Below, piece by piece: positions 57,095-64,000 of a stretch of 64,000 nucleotides of DNA. A model generated the notes under the pieces. That model was not told the DNA's origin, made no database searches, and worked only from the letters and a program-made list of their open reading frames with translations. The DNA is from Stylophora pistillata (taxonomy: Eukaryota): assembly GCF_002571385.2 (NCBI RefSeq), contig NW_019218144.1, positions 42,073 through 106,072 on the forward strand, read 5' to 3'. How positions within the stretch are numbered: position 1 is the first letter of the stretch; every line of letters starts with the position of its first letter. The translations under genes were made by a program, and so were the position numbers.

Positions 57095-60000
57095 ATGAAG
57101 AAACTGGAGAAAAAAATACACCGCACCAAGTGCAACAATTAATTGCACGAGTAAGAAATTTATATCTGTCAGTTTTTCCTATCAATTACTATCTTATATT
57201 TATGTCGCTACTGATTCCACCGCCATCAGTCCAATAGAATATAATTTTTTTTTATGTTTCCTTTATTTCCCTCATGACACGGAAATGATGATTCTTGGTT
57301 TACAAAATTAATATTGCGAGGACCTGAATTTCTTGTCACCAATTCTTCGATATTTATCGCAAAAGTTATGAAATTATTTTAGTCTGATTAATTTCCTCGA
57401 TTATCAAGCAATAAATCTTTAATTTGAAGACACCTTTACTTTAATGAGATCTCGAAGGATTAAAAACGATGGTTTAACTGTCATATCATTCTCATTTTCT
57501 AAAACCTTTAGAAATCTCAGTTTCGTAAATATGGAGGCAGACGAAAATTCTATCCGTTAAGTTCAGATCAAATAGTGTTTTCCCCCTTATGCAAATTTAG
57601 CTAAACCAAACCAGAAAATTCATCTCCATTTGAAACTGTTAGAAAAAAAGATATCTATGATTTGTGAAATTTTCAGTTTTTCTATGTTTACAATACAATA
57701 TTAAGCCGCCTGCACTAAGTTATAAAACATTCGGCAACACTGATTGAGTTGCAAAGCTTCGCGGAAGCGACCAAGATCCAATTTTTCCGGTGAAGTAATT
57801 AAAACTAGCAATATTTCATTTGTCGCTTTTAGCTCTCGGAGTTCATAAATGACTTATTGTATTACAATCACACGTTTGAGACGCTATATAACCAGCCTAC
57901 AGCTACGTCGCCAATAAGGGTAAATTGCGGCTTCTTTCGCACCTGACTTCTTAGAGGGTAAGTGTTAAAGATAGTTTGTTTGAAGTGTACGAACATAGAG
58001 TTGATATCCGTATTTTTAGGAAGCAAGTTAACGTAACTTTTCTATTAGCAATTTTTTAGAAGTGTACTTTAAGCAACTATAAAAATCATCTAGTTCAGTT
58101 AAAAAGTGTTTTTCTCAGCGCTATTAATTTAATAAAGTTAATGGGTTTTGATGGTTAGAATGAAAGTGAAAAGCTTCAAATTCTCCATAGAATAACATGT
58201 TCAAGATAAAGGCGACAGTGATAAGGTAAAAAGTGATCATAACAGTTCAGACTGGAGGAAAATGAAAAAGAGAAGAAAGAAAAGTACAAACAATTTTATA
58301 TTTGATTTTAATCGGTGTCTAATTATCTTTTCCCAAGGTTTTGATAATACATTGACATTTTGTTTTGCATAAAATGTATTAGGCATGCATATCAAGATTT
58401 TACTGATGATAAAACGAAAAGAGCTCTATTCTTCCATTGAATGATGCTACTTAATCGAATTTTTAAATTTCTTTTTTGCATCTTAAAAAATCTCCTGTAG
58501 ACTATCTTGGTTGACAAATTGCAGAGCGATTCAAAGCCTCAGTGCTCTGAGGCTATGCCGGACCGGGATATATTTTTGTTTCATTAGATTGGCTGTCACT
58601 TCGTTGACTAAGTGTGAATTTGGTATAAGCCTTAGAGAGTCATTTGAATCGTGAAGAAAACTTTGTATAGGTTAATTTCATTCGTGTGGCTGCCATGAGC
58701 CATAGAAGATACTGTGAGCCATTGCACAGTTTGATTTCGTTAGCTTTTCTATGATGGATCAGTGTTGCAAGAACTTCGATCAAAAGTTCTACCCTAGGTG
58801 AAAATAAGTCTAGTTCTGTACGTGTGCGTGTATCTAAGAATCACCGAAATCTCCGAAGGACATGCATACTTGTGTGCTGTTAACTCAAGATGTACTTTAG
58901 CGGAAGTTTTAAGGACTAGGTTTACACAGAGTAAAAACCTACTAACTATGAATTGTATCTAAAACCATATGACGGCCTGTTTACATTTTGGTTTTTTGAA
59001 GCTGAACATGTTCATAAATCCTTCTTTTCGTTAAGAGATCAGTAAAACAAAGACCTTTAAACGAACGAGTCAAGGCTTTTTTTTCCATTATTTATGAATG
59101 CTGCGATTGTCATCTCTGTAAACTGTTTTAATGTGTTCATTTGATCGAAGAGATAGTACAATTGACTCATATAACAGTAGTAGAGAATTTTTTTAAATGG
59201 ATATTTTCAAGTGAATAACTAACAACTTCAGTGAGCCTTTCAACCATTGAAGCTCAAGAGAAGTATAACAGCGTGAATACACTCCTTTCTCCGCTATTTT
59301 ATCATTATCCATTTAGCCGTTATACCATGGAGTAAATACCCGCTCTGTGATTCTTCCTTGCCCCTATCAGTGATGATCTATCGGAGTGCAAACGCAAGGC
59401 TCGCGTCATACAAAACTTGTCTTCTTTGTTTAATCCAAAATGGCCAACAGATTTGATTTTTTGCAATACTACTGCAGATTTAAGGTTTGAACCGGGAAAT
59501 CATTGACAATATATTTTGATGTTTACTGCCATATAATGAATTTTAGTAATTGAGAGAAACTCGGCTACATGAAAATTATTCTTTCCTGCAGCCTCTTTAT
59601 TGATAAACAAGTCAAGGTTGAGAGGCCCTCGGGGGCCAGTTGGAAAACTTAAAGTCAACGACAGCTTTTATCGGCTTGAAAAGTGCCATGAGAGAGAGTA
59701 TTCAAGTTCTCTTGGAAGTGATCGTCAGTCAAAATGAATTTTCACTATTCCGGAAATTCGTTAATTTAGGACAGCTCCATCTACATTCTAATTTTAAGAA
59801 GGCCCTGAAGCTGTTCTTTAGACCTGAGGTAACCTTCTAAATTATACAAGAACTTTCACTGATATTAAAAACATCTTGATGAAATTTAATCAAGGACACG
59901 TAATTTTCCACTTTCACTAACGAATATCATGCCGCAAGGTATCAATGATGCACAATTACAATGTTATTATACATGCAGGAGCACTTAAAAATGCAGTCGA

Positions 60001-60872
60001 GCGTTTATACCAGCAGTTATGGTAATCGTTTTAATGTGAAGAGAAAAGATTTCATCCATTTTTCCAGTTTAAACAGGAAACTTCTGATGCGGTTTTTAGA
60101 GTGAAAACGCCCTTTCCAAATTTACCCAGCGAAGAAAGGAAAAGGTAAATTTAATGGTGACGAATGCGAGGCTAGGAAATATCTAAAACAAAAAAAATCT
60201 TCAATTGATAGTTATTTTAATTGAAAATAATTGTAACTTTCATTTTTTTTTTATTTTGTGTAATTCACAATCATATAAGAATTTTCTATTAGATATATTG
60301 ATCTGCCAAAATTTGTTTTACCCATTCGCCCTAATTGCGAGGCGCCAAGATTGGTACAGTCACTGAATTCGGACAAACCATATGAAAACCGGACGTATGC
60401 ACAATCTCTCCTCTCCGAAGAGCACGATCGTGATCTTTTCCCATAGTCCAGGTCGTACGTTTGGCAGGTAACCTGTCAACTTTATTATAAATTACCAGAG
60501 GACTAAAGTTCTGCACAATCACTAAGATCACCGGCCTGGGCATAATTGAGAACGATTCAATTGGTCAGGATAGTCTTGGACCTGACCAAACCTCATTGGT
60601 TTCTTCGCCACGTTCTCTTAAATTTTGGTAAAGGCAAGATGGCCTTCGAAACTTTTCAAAACCATTATTCAATTACTCTTTGTTTCTTAAACTTAAAATC
60701 GATTTCTTTACAAGTTGATTCTCAGGTGACCAGCCTGCAGCAGTAAAAACCTAAAAATAAAAATCAGACGACCTCGTGGCCGACTGTAAAGTATCACGGC
60801 CGTATTTTCTTTTTCCTAATAATAGCAACATCGGGGCGTAATTTTCAGCCCAATATATGGAAACATTATACG

Positions 60873-60996
60873 ACCTGGCCGCAGTTGCTCGAAGGGTGAC
60901 TAACGGGGTAACGATATCCACTGCCGGGATAAAATCCGATACGGTTAATAGCGGTTTCTTAACCGCTTAACCCCCGTTGGACAACTGGACCCTGGT
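60873..60996. mobile_element. Short degenerate MITE
   Basis: Imperfect TIR ACCTGGCCGCAGTTGCTCGAAGGG / CCCGTTGGACAACTGGACCCTGGT. Confidence 0.45.
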
Positions 60997-61749
60997 GGAT
61001 AATACTGCATTAATTTGGATGAAAACAAAAACATTGTTGCGGATTATGGATGACTTACACCCATGCAACAACGTATTTCCAGCCTTTCCGTTCACGAAGT
61101 TTTTATCAGAATAATCACCCACAAGGATGTTTTATAGTAAATTCTAGTTTCTTCCCAGATCTCGTTTCCTGTGAGACTGACCAAGACGTAAATTGAAATT
61201 TCGGCGATGACATCATTACATGATCATTTTAACTGGTAGTGAGTTTATAAACTTTCGCCTGGCCACCTGTAGTTTTAAAGATTTGATTTTATGGGGTAAA
61301 TCACAAAGAAACCAATTTTTAGGTGTGAAATTTCCAACCTCAGAACCACAAAAATACTGTGACTCCATAACAACATTTTAGGAGCTCATGAAATCGTACA
61401 CGTATTTGTGACATCGAGGTGGTTGCATTTACTGTTCTAGAATGCGGAGCATTTACTGTTCTAGGATGCGGAAACGCCTGAGCGTCAGGCCTGGGCACCC
61501 CAAATCGCTATTTGACAGCTCATGATAGAGGAAATCATCTCGTGAACGTGACGATTTTCAAATCTACTTACATTACAATTTCTGTTGTACAACTTAACGA
61601 ACTTTCTTCCACCCTGATAACATTTTGTTGAATTGTTTACGTGTCACCGACTCACGCTCAGGAAGTAAAACAACAACGACAACAGCAACAACAGCATTTA
61701 TTTAAACACGATAAAAAAATTCAGCAAAAGCTGATGTTGTCGTGTGCAA

Positions 61750-61826
61750 ACAATAAAACTAAATTCTTAACTAAATACAATAAAACTAAATTCTTAACTA
61801 AATACAATAAAACTAAATTCTTAATT
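61750..61826. repeat. 27-bp minisatellite, ~3 copies
   Basis: (ACAATAAAACTAAATTCTTAACTAAAT)n. Confidence 0.9.
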
Positions 61827-64000
61827 ATAAGAAGACTAATGTAAGATTTCTACATATTTTCAACAATAAAAATTGTACATAGTACATCATTATAATATAC
61901 GTGGCTTAAATGTACAATTGAGTGACTTTTTTAAAAGCGTCAACGTCTTGGATTGATCTCATTTGATTTTCCAGAGCCACAAATTAATAAGGTTTATACA
62001 GCGAGAAAATACAAATTAATAAGGTTTATGCAGCGAGAAAGGCTGAAGTTGTATGCAAACTAATTATATGTTTGATTTTATTCGAGTAACGTTTCACGTC
62101 GATCGGTCTTATCATGAGAAAATTAACTTAGGAAATTGAGAACCAACTCAGCGGCTCGACCTTTGGCAGTCACCACGCACTTTATAGCTTACAAAAGCAT
62201 CTCAGCCCTAACAAAGTTGATCGTGCTGTAAATGACCGAAAAGGATCGAGGGCACTGTCACGGTTACCATTCGACCTTCACAGGGCCATGAAAAACATCG
62301 TAATTGAAAATTATCCTTTCAGGGATTCCGACAAAAGGTCCGTGCTCTCCTGTGAAGAGTGCCGCATTTTTAGAATTTAACTTGCGATTCTTTGAATATT
62401 TCACGGTTTTAAAAGTACTTGAAGTGATGACTGAATTCTCGACCAGTATTGGCTGAACTTCAAATGTATCAGTTTCTAAAAGGATTATGAAAGATGACTT
62501 TCATAATAGGCGAGGGAATAACAAACCCTGGATAACAATCTCAGATATTTTGGATCGTCGATTGCGCCTATTTTTAGAGATGTTTGGTAATAATTTGCGG
62601 TTTTCTTATGAGGATATGGAGCTTTATAAAGCTTGTCGTCCACATTTAGTTGATGTGTATGTACCTATATGTTCTTTTGAATTTGAGGGGAAGGAAGGGA
62701 ATTTCTGCCGTGCAAGTCAATAAATTCGTCATGTGCATGTTGTTTAACTGCGTCAAAAATCGTAAGAACACTTCAGCTCACACTTCAAACAGCCAACGTA
62801 TAACAATGACACAGCACGAAATTTCATCCCCCTACTTGAGTCAACTGAAATGTAAAGATTTGATCGTGTTACGTTGCACGTTACAGTAAGTCATAACGTA
62901 CTATGTTGAACAAAAATATTTGCCTTTGTACATACAGTCGTAGATGATCTGTTTATGATACTAAATATTCACAGCTTTGTTCAACTAAGAAATGGCAAAC
63001 CAGGCTGCAATCTGAATGTAAATTCAAACAATTTACTTAATGATAGGTATTCACTAAAAGAAACATTAACTTCGATTCGTGTATCGAAGTTGGTCGGTTA
63101 CATTAGCTAAATTGAAAACATCACTCGCCTTGCGCCGTTAATTGATATGAATCCAAACCCGAAAGGTAAATTTCAATTGGTATCCTGCTCTTTACTCTTG
63201 CCATGTCATTGAGATAATTTTGAATTATTCTTACTAACAAAGCTTCATTATAGGCATATGTTTAGTTTCCCAGGCTTATATTAACGAATCACCTTTTAAA
63301 AAACAAAACTACATCGTTATATCTGACCGGCCTGATAGTCGATTTTACAAGGGATATTGAAATGCGTATTATTTTTAATTGATTTGAGAGCTGCGACAGT
63401 ATTTGAAATTCCTTATTCCCCCTTCGTTTAATCATGTATTTTTATGGAGTTTCTCTACCATTTTTCTCTTTATTTCCTAAAGTCGTAAGTTTTGTAAGAT
63501 TACCGAAAGCTACTCACTCACCACTGGTTAAATTTGCATTAAATTATTAAAAGAAGTCAAGCTATTAAACTAACACAAAGCTACGTTGAAAATATAGGGC
63601 ACTGTACCCTAATAAGTATTCCTTTATAAAAATCGCTCCCTTTTAGAAACTCTTGAGTTTATTTTCGGCCTCGCCTCATTGTTTTGGCTTTGTTTTTGAC
63701 GCACTTTCCGACCATGTTTCCTCTCGCCTCACTTGAACTTGCGATTTCGTGCCCATCCAATTTTCTTGCGTTAAGCAGGACGGAACTGTCTCTTGACTGA
63801 CAGCAAGATTAAGATTAAAAGAACAAAGGAGCTTAGTTAAAACGCAATAAAATGAGCCCCTGCTGTATTGGTAACTTCCAATCAATGTGTGCTTCATACT
63901 CATTTCGTGCTCTTCTGATCGCAAGTGCTCTAAATTTTCTGTTCTCGTGGTGAATGTTTGCAGTTTCCTACAGCATCTTTCACACCAATCATGGCGAGGA

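Noticed and set aside
61750-62040. Short direct repeats as a CRISPR-like array
   Set aside because: Head-to-tail repeats with no unique spacers, in eukaryotic DNA with no cas genes.

Overview
Eukaryotic (invertebrate) genomic DNA, AT-rich and repeat-dense, with a 701-N gap (2854-3554) and a single N at 53692. The repeat families look like those of scleractinian corals; this is recall, not a search. The main content is two tandem + strand paralogous genes that I reconstructed exon by exon from GT-AG sites and phase continuity. Gene A (CDS 11520-25881, 16 coding exons, 2766 nt, 921 aa) and gene B (CDS 41520-54717, 16 coding exons, 2760 nt, 919 aa) each encode a signal peptide followed by five MAM domains. 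Neither has a TM segment, LDLa repeats or a protease domain. Each MAM domain is encoded by the same 3-exon module (intron phases 1-1-0-1). Upstream of gene A (1260-7010) is an unexplained, diverged higher-order tandem repeat whose ~190-bp core retains E-box, GATA and TCF-type motifs. Introns and intergenic DNA carry MITEs (hAT-like with 5-bp TSDs, PIF/Harbinger-like, piggyBac-like), tRNA-derived SINEs, an ISL2EU/Harbinger-like ORF remnant, and Penelope-like retroelement fragments with a GIY-YIG remnant and minimal hammerhead-ribozyme motifs. A duplicated part of gene B exon 15 next to the single N is probably an assembly or haplotype artefact. A third gene may start in the last 10 bp of the window.
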